The notes under the pieces are model-generated. The model ran no database searches and was not told the DNA's origin. It saw only the letters and a list, made by a program, of their open reading frames with translations. The position numbers and the translations under genes are program-made. 64,000 bases of DNA from a virus (taxonomy: Duplodnaviria; Caudoviricetes), in IMG/VR virus record IMGVR_UViG_3300025875_000014, positions 3,840-67,839 of that record. The stretch is one strand, 5' to 3'. This document shows, in pieces, positions 8,386 to 16,911 of the stretch. Each line of letters begins with the position of its first letter. The stretch's first letter is position 1.

Positions 8386-8670
8386 ATGACACTTACAACG
8401 CCGGAACTTGACAAGCAGGCGGCGCTCATCAAGAGCGGTCAGCCCCAAGTTGTCGAGGACTTCATCGACTGGCTCAACGCCAATGGCTACTGCATCTCGA
8501 TCAAATGCACCGTGGAGCACGACGGCTACTACTGCGGCGTCTGCCAAGACACCGGGATCTCTCAAGCCGCTGTTTACGACTTCGAGTCGCTCATGGCCGA
8601 GCACTTCGGCATCGACCGGCATAAAGTTGAGGAGGAGCGTACTGAACTCCTCCGTAGCATCCGGGCATGA
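8386..8670 (+). CDS. hypothetical phage protein
   Basis: EDFIDWL...FGIDRHKVEEER pattern; CxxC. Confidence 0.7.
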   Translation: MTLTTPELDKQAALIKSGQPQVVEDFIDWLNANGYCISIKCTVEHDGYYCGVCQDTGISQAAVYDFESLMAEHFGIDRHKVEEERTELLRSIRA

Positions 8671-8894
8671 ACGGTTGGAAGGTTGTTAGCCCCGAGGAAG
8701 CGAAGATCGTGATGTCCGGTCGCTGGGCTAGCAATCTTGCTCATACCGTTGCCACCGAACCAGACCGACTCCGCGCGGAGGTTGTCCGGGCTTTGCGTGA
8801 TCATGCGTTTTTGCTACTACGACGAGCCGAGACTACGGCTTCCGTGACGCTCTATAAAGCAGCCGACGTCATTGAAAACGGGGCCGACTGGTGA
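8667..8894 (+). CDS. TEPDR/ADAIENGAD paralogue
   Basis: LAHTVATEPDR, ADVIENGADW. Confidence 0.75.
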   Translation: MNGWKVVSPEEAKIVMSGRWASNLAHTVATEPDRLRAEVVRALRDHAFLLLRRAETTASVTLYKAADVIENGADW

Positions 8895-9082
8895 CCGACC
8901 TCATCGGCACCCCCGAAGCTGCACGACGCCTCGGCAAGCACCGGTCCACGTTCAGCCGCCTTGTCACCGCCGGCCGCATCACCCCCGTGATCCGAGCAGG
9001 CAACCGAGGACCGATGCTGTTCGACCCCGCTGAGGTCGACCGGCTCGTCGCTGAGATCCTCGCAGCTCGCTGCGCTGACTAG
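8891..9082 (+). CDS. HTH DNA-binding protein (excisionase/HTH_17-like)
   Basis: LIGTPEAARRLGKHRSTFSRLV...LFDPAEV. Confidence 0.8.
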   Translation: MTDLIGTPEAARRLGKHRSTFSRLVTAGRITPVIRAGNRGPMLFDPAEVDRLVAEILAARCAD

Positions 9083-9083
9083 T

Positions 9084-9902
9084 ATGAGCACCGGTCTCCG
9101 AGTCCTCGACGCCTTCTCCTGCAAAGGTGGTGCCGGCCAGGGCTACCTCGACGCAGGCTGCAACGTCGTCGGCGTCGACATCAAGGACTACTCCGACGAG
9201 TACCCGGGCCTGTTCATCCAGGGCGACGCAGTGGCGTTCATCCGCGACTACGGACGCGCGTTCGACCTCGTGCACATCTCCGCGCCGTGCCAGCCGTACA
9301 CGCGCGGCAACGCAATGCGGCGGGTGAACGGCGTTGACCCTCGCTGGCCGACGCTCATCGACGCAGCGCGCAATGCGGCGATCGAGGCCGGTGTGCCGTA
9401 CGTGATCGAGAACGTCGAGGACGCACGCAGTCAACTCCGCAACCCGATCCTGCTGTGCGGGCGCATGTTCGGCCTTGGTGCCACAGACACAGACGGCTGC
9501 CCGCTGATCCTCGACCGGCACCGCCTGTTTGAGTTCGGCAACATGCCGCAGCCTCAGCAGCCCGCTCACCCGAAGCACGTACGCACGTCAGGAATCGGCT
9601 TCTACGGCTACGACGAACTGGAACTCGACGCCGTTGACGCCTCGAAACTCGCGATCAGCGGGCGGCTGCGAATGCTTACCGGCCAGCCGCACGTCGCGGG
9701 CGTGTACGGCGGAGCTCGACGTGACAAGTGGGAAGCAAAGTACGTGCGTCACGGCGGCTACGTACCCAAGGACATCCGCGTCTTGCAGGGACTGCTCGGC
9801 GTCACGCACATCACGACCGAGCACGAACTCTTCGAGGCGATCCCGCCGGCCTACACGCGCTGGGTGGTCGAGGCTGTCTCAAAAGGAGCAACTCGTGACT
9901 AA
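9084..9902 (+). CDS. C5-cytosine DNA methyltransferase-like protein
   Basis: motif I LDAFSCKGG, motif IV SAPCQ, motif VI IENV, C-terminal EAIPPAY. Confidence 0.8.
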   Translation: MSTGLRVLDAFSCKGGAGQGYLDAGCNVVGVDIKDYSDEYPGLFIQGDAVAFIRDYGRAFDLVHISAPCQPYTRGNAMRRVNGVDPRWPTLIDAARNAAIEAGVPYVIENVEDARSQLRNPILLCGRMFGLGATDTDGCPLILDRHRLFEFGNMPQPQQPAHPKHVRTSGIGFYGYDELELDAVDASKLAISGRLRMLTGQPHVAGVYGGARRDKWEAKYVRHGGYVPKDIRVLQGLLGVTHITTEHELFEAIPPAYTRWVVEAVSKGATRD

Positions 9903-10077
9903 AGATGCGCGCACCGTTGGGGTCGAAGAAGCACGCGCCATCGCAGAGACTTTTGACCGAGACCTATACGGCAGCATCATTCCGGACCTCGCTCGCACGA
10001 TAGTGGTTCAGGCCGAGCAGATGGCTGCCATCCATGTCGTAGAGTGCTCATGCAAGTGCTCTCAAGCGCGCACTTGA
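9895..10077 (+). CDS. degenerate TEPDR-family member
   Basis: AAGGAG RBS; RTVGVEEA...DLARTIV resembles RIVTPQEA...DLAHTV. Confidence 0.55.
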   Translation: MTKDARTVGVEEARAIAETFDRDLYGSIIPDLARTIVVQAEQMAAIHVVECSCKCSQART

Positions 10078-10081
10078 CCGC

Positions 10082-10144
10082 AAATGCCGCTCCTTCGCGA
10101 GTGACGTCCCCTGCCCAGAGGACTCGCGGAGGGGCGGTGCATTT
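10082..10144 (+). other. long imperfect RNA hairpin
   Basis: AAATGCCGCTCCTTCGCGAGT pairs with ACTCGCGGAGGGGCGGTGCATTT. Confidence 0.6.
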
Positions 10145-10262
10145 CTGGCTGGCAACTAGCGGACATGGCATGTTCCTGCACCCGGAGTCAGCAGACAACC
10201 GCCCTGCCTGACCCCTAGCGTCATATCCAGGTCGGAACCGCCGGCCACCTAAGGAGACCCCC

Positions 10263-10367
10263 GTGAAGACTCGCCTCATCGCCCTCGCCGCCACCACCGG
10301 TGTCAGCCTGCTCGTCTACGGCACCGAGATCGCGTCGGCTGCCGGACGCGCATCCGGTCGCGCCTGA
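10263..10367 (+). CDS. 34-aa putative secreted peptide precursor
   Basis: TAAGGAG RBS; MKTRLIALAATTGVSLLVYGTEIASA-AGRASGRA has n/h/c regions and an A-x-A site; not in ORF track. Confidence 0.55.
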   Translation: MKTRLIALAATTGVSLLVYGTEIASAAGRASGRA

Positions 10368-10375
10368 GCTAGACG

Positions 10376-10406
10376 AGGGCGGGCCTGCTGCGGCAGGTCC
10401 GCCCCT
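10376..10406 (+). terminator. GC hairpin after the peptide ORF
   Basis: AGGGCGGGCCTGC-TGCG-GCAGGTCCGCCCCT. Confidence 0.65.
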
Positions 10407-10483
10407 TGCGCTACCTTGAGAGCGCCACATCCCCCACGCCTCTCCACGATGCGCACTTGGGGGATTTTCCTTGCCCAAACGGG

Positions 10484-10520
10484 TAGACAAGGCGAGGGAG
10501 ATGTGGGTACTGTTGTCCAC
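10484..10520 (+). promoter_or_regulatory. leaderless promoter of the early operon
   Basis: TAGACA-N18-TACTGT-N7-ATG. Confidence 0.65.
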
Positions 10521-10799
10521 ATGAGCACACCGAACGATTGGCGCATCGTCACCCCGCAGGAGGCAGATGCACTGTTGAAGGCATCCGAGACGGATCGCAC
10601 GGGACGATCTACGTGGCTGCTGCGTGACCAGGCCGAGCGTTATGCCCACACGGTTGCCACCGAGCCCGAGCGGATCGCCGCAGCCAAGCGCGCAGCCGTC
10701 GTCAAGGCGCTGCGAGACCTTGAGGATTCTTTCGACGGTCGCGACCAGGTTTGGATCAGCAGTAAGGCTGACGCAATCGAGCACGGTGCGGAATGGTGA
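10521..10799 (+). CDS. TEPDR/ADAIENGAD paralogue
   Basis: RIVTPQEA, AHTVATEPER, AAVVKALRD, ADAIEHGAEW. Confidence 0.75.
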   Translation: MSTPNDWRIVTPQEADALLKASETDRTGRSTWLLRDQAERYAHTVATEPERIAAAKRAAVVKALRDLEDSFDGRDQVWISSKADAIEHGAEW

Positions 10800-11161
10800 G
10801 CAATGAGTGCACGCGCTGCGGAGGGTTCGGTTTTGAGCCGCCCGACGACGATGACCCCGATGAGCGCACTTATCCCTGCCAGAAGTGCGGTGAACTCAAC
10901 CCCGATCGTCTGACCGTGGACAGCAGCAACGAACCGCGCATCGCCACCCCGCAGGAGGCGCAGGTGCACAAGACTTGGCCGCATCTAGTCTCCACCGAAG
11001 ATGTCGGTGCGCTCGCCCACACGGTCGCCACCGAGCCTGACCGGACCCGCGCAGCCGTCGTCAAGGCGCTGCGAGACGCCGCTCCCGAGTCACCAAACTT
11101 TTCGGCGGAGCGTTGGCTGATCTTGCGCGCAGACGCGATCGAGAACGGGGCCGACCTCTGA
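10793..11161 (+). CDS. TEPDR/ADAIENGAD paralogue with N-terminal Zn ribbon
   Basis: CTRC...CQKC, then PRIATPQEA, LAHTVATEPDRTRAAVVKALRD, ADAIENGADL. Confidence 0.75.
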   Translation: MVSNECTRCGGFGFEPPDDDDPDERTYPCQKCGELNPDRLTVDSSNEPRIATPQEAQVHKTWPHLVSTEDVGALAHTVATEPDRTRAAVVKALRDAAPESPNFSAERWLILRADAIENGADL

Positions 11162-11361
11162 TGGCCGAGTTCCTGACCATCGGCGACGCGGCCCGCATCA
11201 CCGGCTACAGCATCAAGACCCTCCGCCGCTGGTCCGACACCGACAAGCTCCCCGTCCGCCGCAGCCCCAGCAACCAGCGCATGTTCCGCCGTGAGGACCT
11301 GAACGCGCTCCCCAAGCGAGCCGCGCAGGAACTGTCAGACCAGACGCCTAGCGTCACCTAG
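11161..11361 (+). CDS. MerR-like HTH DNA-binding protein
   Basis: LTIGDAARITGYSIKTLRRW...NQRMF. Confidence 0.85.
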   Translation: MAEFLTIGDAARITGYSIKTLRRWSDTDKLPVRRSPSNQRMFRREDLNALPKRAAQELSDQTPSVT

Positions 11362-11495
11362 ACGGCGACCTAGCGGTGTGCATCCCCCAGCACCATCCCC
11401 GCCGCTAGGTCGGTCCCAAACCAACCAGCCCCGCACCCTGCACTCAGCCAGAGCACACAGGACACGGGGCCAGCAACGAAAGGCAAGGCTAGCAA

Positions 11496-11756
11496 ATGAG
11501 CATCCACAGAGTCGCATTCACTGACAACACGATCGGCCGCAGGCACGCGGTCGATCCCATCGAGATCGAGATCAGCGGAACTTTTCAGCGTCGACTCGAT
11601 GACGCCGCAGAAGCCATCTATCGCCACGCGCTCAAGAACCTTGGTAGTCGCGAGGTAGACGTCTACGTCGGCTCAAGTGGAGGCGAGATCATGGTGGGTG
11701 GCTTCCGTCGGGTCAGCGAGTTTACGATCACGCCAGCAATCGAGGTCGTTGCATGA
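11496..11756 (+). CDS. hypothetical protein
   Basis: ORF after intergenic gap, coupled downstream. Confidence 0.65.
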   Translation: MSIHRVAFTDNTIGRRHAVDPIEIEISGTFQRRLDDAAEAIYRHALKNLGSREVDVYVGSSGGEIMVGGFRRVSEFTITPAIEVVA

Positions 11757-11914
11757 CCCCCATCCACCGCGACGAGGCCCAGTACCTCCCGCACATCCCG
11801 TGGCGCCGCGCAGGCTTCACCTTCGCCACCATCGCCAGCGTCGCCATCGTCGGCCTGCTCAGCTCCGGGCTCATCTGGGCCACCATCCTCAACGCAAGCA
11901 AAGGACTCGGGTAG
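11753..11914 (+). CDS. small membrane protein
   Basis: ATGA-coupled; single TM; not in ORF track. Confidence 0.55.
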   Translation: MTPIHRDEAQYLPHIPWRRAGFTFATIASVAIVGLLSSGLIWATILNASKGLG

Positions 11915-12010
11915 ATGAGCGACAGCACGATGATCTACGTGATCATGCTCGCGGTCTTGTTCCTGGTAGGACTCGGGCTCGGCAACCTGATCGGCAGGTT
12001 CTTCGAGTGA
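11915..12010 (+). CDS. 31-aa membrane peptide
   Basis: MSDSTMIYVIMLAVLFLVGLGLGNLIGRFFE. Confidence 0.5.
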   Translation: MSDSTMIYVIMLAVLFLVGLGLGNLIGRFFE

Positions 12011-12396
12011 CAAACCTGACCGCCACCTGTGAGGTGTGCGACCTCAACATGCGCCTCGGACGCGGCGCTATCTGCGACGGCAGCGGCATCCTCGTCATCA
12101 GCGACATCCCCACCAGCCGCGTCCCGGTCTGCCCGGCCTGGCCAGTGGACGAGGACGAGCCGCTGGCCTACTTCCAGGCCGTCGAAGGCTGGGACCCGAT
12201 GCCCGCCACCATGCAGCAGCGGATCCGCGACAACGCCATCGCCGAGATGGAGCGCGAGTACCGGCACGCGCCCTACCTCGACGAGCCCGCCGACGACCCA
12301 GAGCGGATCCCCATGATCGTCACCCTGTTCGTCCTCGTGCTTCTGATGCTCGCGGTCCTCGCCGGCATCCTCTACCCCTGGGGAGGCCTCGCATGA
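12007..12396 (+). CDS. hypothetical protein with C-terminal TM
   Basis: GTGA-coupled; CxxC at the N-terminus. Confidence 0.6.
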   Translation: MTNLTATCEVCDLNMRLGRGAICDGSGILVISDIPTSRVPVCPAWPVDEDEPLAYFQAVEGWDPMPATMQQRIRDNAIAEMEREYRHAPYLDEPADDPERIPMIVTLFVLVLLMLAVLAGILYPWGGLA

Positions 12397-12689
12397 ACTA
12401 CAGGCAGATGGTCGAAACGGCCGGCGACGCGATGTGGCGTGACGATGCCGCCGACGCGTTCATGTCCACCGACGGCAAGACGCTGGACGACGCAGTCGGC
12501 GCAGACGACTACCGGCGGCGCGCCAAGGCAGTCCTCAACGCGATCCTGCCGCAGGTCACCACCGTGGCCGAGCTAGAAGCACTGCCGATCGGAACGCTGT
12601 TGCTCAAACCCGAAACGGGCCAGTGTGAACGGATCAATGAGGCGCGACTGCCTTATCGCCTTCCCCTGACTATCGTGTGGACTCCCTAG
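12393..12689 (+). CDS. hypothetical protein
   Basis: ATGA-coupled, GGAGG RBS. Confidence 0.6.
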   Translation: MNYRQMVETAGDAMWRDDAADAFMSTDGKTLDDAVGADDYRRRAKAVLNAILPQVTTVAELEALPIGTLLLKPETGQCERINEARLPYRLPLTIVWTP

Positions 12690-12697
12690 GCAACGGC

Positions 12698-12892
12698 ATG
12701 AACGACTGCATCCGCTGCGCCAACGAGAACCACGCAGCCTGCGATGGCGGCGCCTGGGACAACGCGCTGAAGCCCGCCGTGTGCGAGTGCTTCATGCGCT
12801 ACCACCACCGCCGCACCTACGCCGACGAGCAGGCCGACCGCTTGGCCGACCGCTACGAAGCCTCGCTTGAAAGGGGCGCGTCGAATGCCTAA
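12698..12892 (+). CDS. Cys/His-rich hypothetical protein
   Basis: CIRC...HAAC...CEC. Confidence 0.6.
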   Translation: MNDCIRCANENHAACDGGAWDNALKPAVCECFMRYHHRRTYADEQADRLADRYEASLERGASNA

Positions 12893-13070
12893 CAACTACC
12901 GACACCGCTGGGTCAGCGAGGCCGGGCGCGACGTTCGAAGCCGCCTCACCGAAGATGACCGCAAGTACCGCGAAGAGCACACCGCCAAGTACGGGGAGCA
13001 CGTCTGCACACCCGACCCTGCTGACCCGTGGTCGACGTGCAGCCTGCTCAGTGCGGAGGCGAAGGCATGA
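12885..13070 (+). CDS. hypothetical protein
   Basis: overlapping coupling with neighbours. Confidence 0.55.
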   Translation: MPNNYRHRWVSEAGRDVRSRLTEDDRKYREEHTAKYGEHVCTPDPADPWSTCSLLSAEAKA

Positions 13071-13576
13071 GTCTCCGCGTTCTCAAGAACCTCGAGCAGG
13101 GTTCGGAAGTAAAGCCTGCCGATGAGGCCAGGTTCGCCAAGTTTGTTGCCGAGTCTGACCCGAAGAAGTGCTGGGAATGGCAGAGCGTTCGCAACCGACG
13201 TGGCTACGGAAAGTTCTGGCTGAATGGTCGAACTGACCTTGCACATCGCGTCGCGTACCGAATCGGCAGCGGTGACTCGATTCCGGCTGGGCTGCTAGTT
13301 AGGCATTCATGCGACAACCCTCCGTGTGTGAACCCGGCTCACCTGCTTGTCGGGACCGTGAAGGACAACTCCCGAGACGCGATTGAGCGCAACCGCATGG
13401 AGTGCGGATCGGAGAACGGCAACGCCCGGCTAAATGAAGAGCAGGTGTTGGAGATCAAGCGTCTGTGGGCTTCGGGCGGTACCCAGGTTTCTATGGCTAA
13501 ACAATTCGGCGTCTCTAGGGCTGCTATCCAGTGGATCCTAAATGGCAGGAGCTGGAAGAAGGTGCGTGAAGCATGA
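13067..13576 (+). CDS. HNH homing endonuclease with C-terminal HTH
   Basis: CWEW, AHRVAY, RHSCDNPPCVNPAHL, DNSRD. Confidence 0.9.
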   Translation: MSLRVLKNLEQGSEVKPADEARFAKFVAESDPKKCWEWQSVRNRRGYGKFWLNGRTDLAHRVAYRIGSGDSIPAGLLVRHSCDNPPCVNPAHLLVGTVKDNSRDAIERNRMECGSENGNARLNEEQVLEIKRLWASGGTQVSMAKQFGVSRAAIQWILNGRSWKKVREA

Positions 13577-14397
13577 GCTTCCACGTATTCAATGAGATCG
13601 AGCAGGGGTCCGATCAATGGCACGCCCAACGACGCGGAATGGTCACTGCGTCCGTGGTTGGCCGGCTGATCTCGGTCGGCTACCTCGGAGCGGACGGCTA
13701 CGACTGCCCCGAGTGCAGTGCCCTTGCCGGGTTCGCCTGTGTGAGCAGAGCCCGCAAGGTCGCCGAGCCGATCAAGACGCACCACCGAGCGCGCTCTGAC
13801 TTCGCATCAAGCAACCGCAGTGAGTCGGCGCAGGTCATTACATCCAGCACCGGCGACGAAGCACGCGGGCTGACCCTCGTCCTCGCAGCCGAGCGCATCA
13901 CCGGGCACACCGACCCGACCTGGATGAGCAGCGACATGTGGCGGGGAGTCGAAGACGAGTCGTTCGCACGCGACGTCTACGCACAGCACTACGCACCCGT
14001 CGAGACAGTCGGCTTCATGGTCCGCGACGACTGGGGCTTCCAGATCGGGTACTCGCCGGATGGTCTAGTCGGCGACGACGGACTGATCGAGGTGAAGTCG
14101 CGGCGCCAGAAGACGCAGCTCAGCACCATCCTCGACGGCGAAGTGCCAGCGGAGAACATGGCGCAGATGCAGGCGGGACTACTCGTCTCTGGCCACGCCT
14201 GGTGCGACTACGTGAGTTACTGCGGCGGCATGAAGATGTGGCGTAAGCGAGTGCTACCCGACCCGCGCTGGTTCGAAGCCATCATCGCCGCCGTCGAGAA
14301 GTTCGAAGAGACAGCCGCGCAGATGGTCAACGCTTACAACGAGGCAACCCAGGGGATGCCCGACACCGAACGACTCGACCTAGAAATGGTGATTTGA
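13573..14397 (+). CDS. YqaJ/lambda-type exonuclease
   Basis: EQGSDQW...RRGMVTAS, YSPDGLV, IEVKS, QMQAGL. Confidence 0.9.
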   Translation: MSFHVFNEIEQGSDQWHAQRRGMVTASVVGRLISVGYLGADGYDCPECSALAGFACVSRARKVAEPIKTHHRARSDFASSNRSESAQVITSSTGDEARGLTLVLAAERITGHTDPTWMSSDMWRGVEDESFARDVYAQHYAPVETVGFMVRDDWGFQIGYSPDGLVGDDGLIEVKSRRQKTQLSTILDGEVPAENMAQMQAGLLVSGHAWCDYVSYCGGMKMWRKRVLPDPRWFEAIIAAVEKFEETAAQMVNAYNEATQGMPDTERLDLEMVI

Positions 14398-14398
14398 T

Positions 14399-14737
14399 AT
14401 GACGCTTTACATCTTCGGCGCTTCTGATGATTTGATCGAAGTCGAGGGCTTGCTTAGTGACGAACTCAACCCGCCGTACGGGAAGCCAGCACGCGTCGTC
14501 GTCAAGGTGGACGAGACTGTTTACGCAAGTCTGTGGGTTGAGTACGACCCAGACGACAGCGGTGAATGGCGGCTCTCCCCGGGCGCCATGCGAGGTCGAG
14601 TCGAAATTACTGCCGCTCGCGGGGAAGAAGACGGCGAAGACGAGCACGGATGCCCTGGCTATAGCGATCTGGCAACCATTCACTTAGATGACGTTGATGT
14701 TCGGCGCGTGAGCCTTCAGATTGAGGGCGCAGCATGA
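14399..14737 (+). CDS. hypothetical protein
   Basis: ORF fills the gap; FGASDDLIEVEG motif. Confidence 0.65.
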   Translation: MTLYIFGASDDLIEVEGLLSDELNPPYGKPARVVVKVDETVYASLWVEYDPDDSGEWRLSPGAMRGRVEITAARGEEDGEDEHGCPGYSDLATIHLDDVDVRRVSLQIEGAA

Positions 14738-15315
14738 CTACCTTCGACATCAGCGACACGCTCGCACCGAACTCCGACCAGCTCGACGCGGTGGATCTTC
14801 TCGGCGGACCGCAGACGTTCACCATCAACAAGGTCAGCAAGGGCAACCCCGAGCAGCCCGTACAGGTCCACCTCGCCGAGTTTGACCGACCTTGGCGACC
14901 TGGAAAATCAATGAGAAGGGTCATGGTGGCCTGCTGGGGACCTGACGCGAACCAGTACGTCGGCCGCAGCATCCGCCTCTGGTGCGACCCCAAGGTGGCA
15001 TTCGGCGGACAGGACGTCGGGGGAGTCCGCATCCTCGCCATGTCCCACATCGACAAGCCCCGAGGCATCCCGCTACTCATCTCTCGCGGCAAGAGCGCCA
15101 CCTACAAGGTGGACGTACTCAAGGTCGATGCGCCGAAGCAGCCGGAGCCTGCCGACGACCAAACCATCGCCAAGCTGATTTCTCTACTCGAGCAGAGAAG
15201 TGTTCCGACAGACGAGTGGCCCGACGTTCACGGTTTTACGGTCGATGAGGCGCGTGACGAGTGGCGCAAGATCAATGCGAAGTGGCCCGCCGTCGCCCAG
15301 GCAGGCACCAAGTGA
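14734..15315 (+). CDS. putative ssDNA-binding/annealing partner of the exonuclease
   Basis: position next to YqaJ; NSDQLDAVDL, KSMRRVM, VAFGG...GGVRI pattern. Confidence 0.55.
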   Translation: MTTFDISDTLAPNSDQLDAVDLLGGPQTFTINKVSKGNPEQPVQVHLAEFDRPWRPGKSMRRVMVACWGPDANQYVGRSIRLWCDPKVAFGGQDVGGVRILAMSHIDKPRGIPLLISRGKSATYKVDVLKVDAPKQPEPADDQTIAKLISLLEQRSVPTDEWPDVHGFTVDEARDEWRKINAKWPAVAQAGTK

Positions 15316-15512
15316 GCGCGTGGACGTGGCAGGTCGAGGCCCGCATCCCCGGCGACCGCTTCTCGTGGAAACGGCTCGTGGATAAGCTCCCGCACGACAA
15401 GGCTACCGACGCCGCAGCCGAGTACGCCGAACGCTACCCCCGCTGGCAGGTCCGCATCCACTGCCCAGACACGGGCGAGATCCAGCACGTAGAGAAGGGG
15501 CGCGCGGCATGA
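15312..15512 (+). CDS. hypothetical protein
   Basis: GTGA-coupled. Confidence 0.55.
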   Translation: MSAWTWQVEARIPGDRFSWKRLVDKLPHDKATDAAAEYAERYPRWQVRIHCPDTGEIQHVEKGRAA

Positions 15513-15844
15513 GCTGGGACGCGAGCCTTACCTTTCAAGGCGTGAACGAATGGCACTCGATGGGCGACTGGAACTACACGCACAACACCAGCCGCATGAT
15601 CTACGCGGCTCTCGGCGGGAGGAAAGATTCGGCCTGGTACGCCACACTCGACGGCACCAGCGGATCGGGTGGAGCGGACTACCTTCACCAGATCATTGTC
15701 GGGTTAGAGGCCGACCCCGAGAAGTTCCGCGCCCTAAACCCAGAGAATGGCTGGGGAGACTATGACTCGCTGCTCGAGGTGCTTCACGAGATGCGCTCCG
15801 CTGGCCGCGAATGGCCCGAGGGCAAGTGGTGGTGCTCCGGATGA
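15509..15844 (+). CDS. hypothetical phage protein
   Basis: NYTHN...NPENGWGDYD pattern. Confidence 0.7.
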   Translation: MSWDASLTFQGVNEWHSMGDWNYTHNTSRMIYAALGGRKDSAWYATLDGTSGSGGADYLHQIIVGLEADPEKFRALNPENGWGDYDSLLEVLHEMRSAGREWPEGKWWCSG

Positions 15845-16212
15845 ACAGTGTCGTCCTCCCGATCCCGGCGAACGAGCTGCTAACCGCGAACCAGCGCATG
15901 CACTGGCGGGCGAAGGCGGCGCGTACCAAGGCACTCCGCAGCCGCACCTACGTCCTCGCAGGGTTCCCCACCAAGCCGTTCCCCGACCGCGTCCGCCTCG
16001 TCGTCACCGTCCAGTACCGCGACGCCCGCCGCCGCGACGTCCACAACCTCATGCCCACCGTCAAGGCCTGCATCGACGGCCTCGTGGACGCAGGCTGGCT
16101 CACCGACGACAGCGACAAGTACCTGCAGGGTCCCGACCTGCGCCCCTCCGACGAGCGCTGCGACAAGGGGCTCGCCTGTACGTTGACTTTTTCATTCGAG
16201 GAGCCCGCATGA
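15841..16212 (+). CDS. RusA-like Holliday junction resolvase
   Basis: RRRDVHNLMPTVKACIDGLVDAGWLTDDS. Confidence 0.85.
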   Translation: MNSVVLPIPANELLTANQRMHWRAKAARTKALRSRTYVLAGFPTKPFPDRVRLVVTVQYRDARRRDVHNLMPTVKACIDGLVDAGWLTDDSDKYLQGPDLRPSDERCDKGLACTLTFSFEEPA

Positions 16213-16406
16213 ACCTCCACGACGACCGCGTTCGGCAGATCCGAGAGCGCATCGAAGCCGGCCGACCCGTCCCCGGAGACGCTGAGTACCTACTCGCCGC
16301 CCTCGACCACGCCGTCAGCGGAGACCCAGAGAACTACCGGTTCGCGCTGCTGTGCGAGAGCGTGGGGGAGACCGACGACGACCAGGAAGGCCCGGACTGT
16401 GGTTAA
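16209..16406 (+). CDS. hypothetical protein
   Basis: ATGA-coupled. Confidence 0.55.
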   Translation: MNLHDDRVRQIRERIEAGRPVPGDAEYLLAALDHAVSGDPENYRFALLCESVGETDDDQEGPDCG

Positions 16407-16911
16407 GACGTCGCATGACCTAACGCTTTATCTGACTGATCCGCGCGTTCTCCGTCGTTTCTGGGCCAAGGTCGACCGTGGGGGACCAGACGAATGCTGG
16501 CTCTGGAACAGCTACCGCAAGCCGCCGTACAACTACGGGCAGTTCCTTCTCGGCAGGAGCAAGTTCGTCACTGCTTCTCGTTTTAGCTTGGCGCTGAAGA
16601 TGGGCGGATTGCCCGAAGGCGTGCAGGCATGCCACTCCTGCGACAACCCGCCCTGCTGCAACCCACACCACTTGTTCGTTGGTACTCAGTTGGAAAACAA
16701 CCTGGACTGCATCAACAAGGGCCGTGGAAACAAGAGTCACGGAGAGGCGCATCGGGATGCGAGACTGACAACGGAGGTTGTCCGCATGCTTCGAGAGCTG
16801 CCTCACACATATGCAGTACAAAAAGAAATGGCAGCGGTCTACGGAGTGAGTTCTAACGCCATCTATAGGGCGCAAGTTGGACGGACGTGGAAGCACGTGA
16901 CGGCAGCGTGA
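16399..16911 (+). CDS. HNH homing endonuclease with C-terminal HTH
   Basis: CWLW, ACHSCDNPPCCNPHHLFVGT, ENNLD. Confidence 0.9.
   Translation: MVKTSHDLTLYLTDPRVLRRFWAKVDRGGPDECWLWNSYRKPPYNYGQFLLGRSKFVTASRFSLALKMGGLPEGVQACHSCDNPPCCNPHHLFVGTQLENNLDCINKGRGNKSHGEAHRDARLTTEVVRMLRELPHTYAVQKEMAAVYGVSSNAIYRAQVGRTWKHVTAA

Noticed and set aside
10263-10367. Calling the peptide a bona fide arbitrium AimP
   Set aside because: No AimR-like HTH-TPR gene is adjacent and the C-terminus is GRA rather than RGA; kept only as a candidate.
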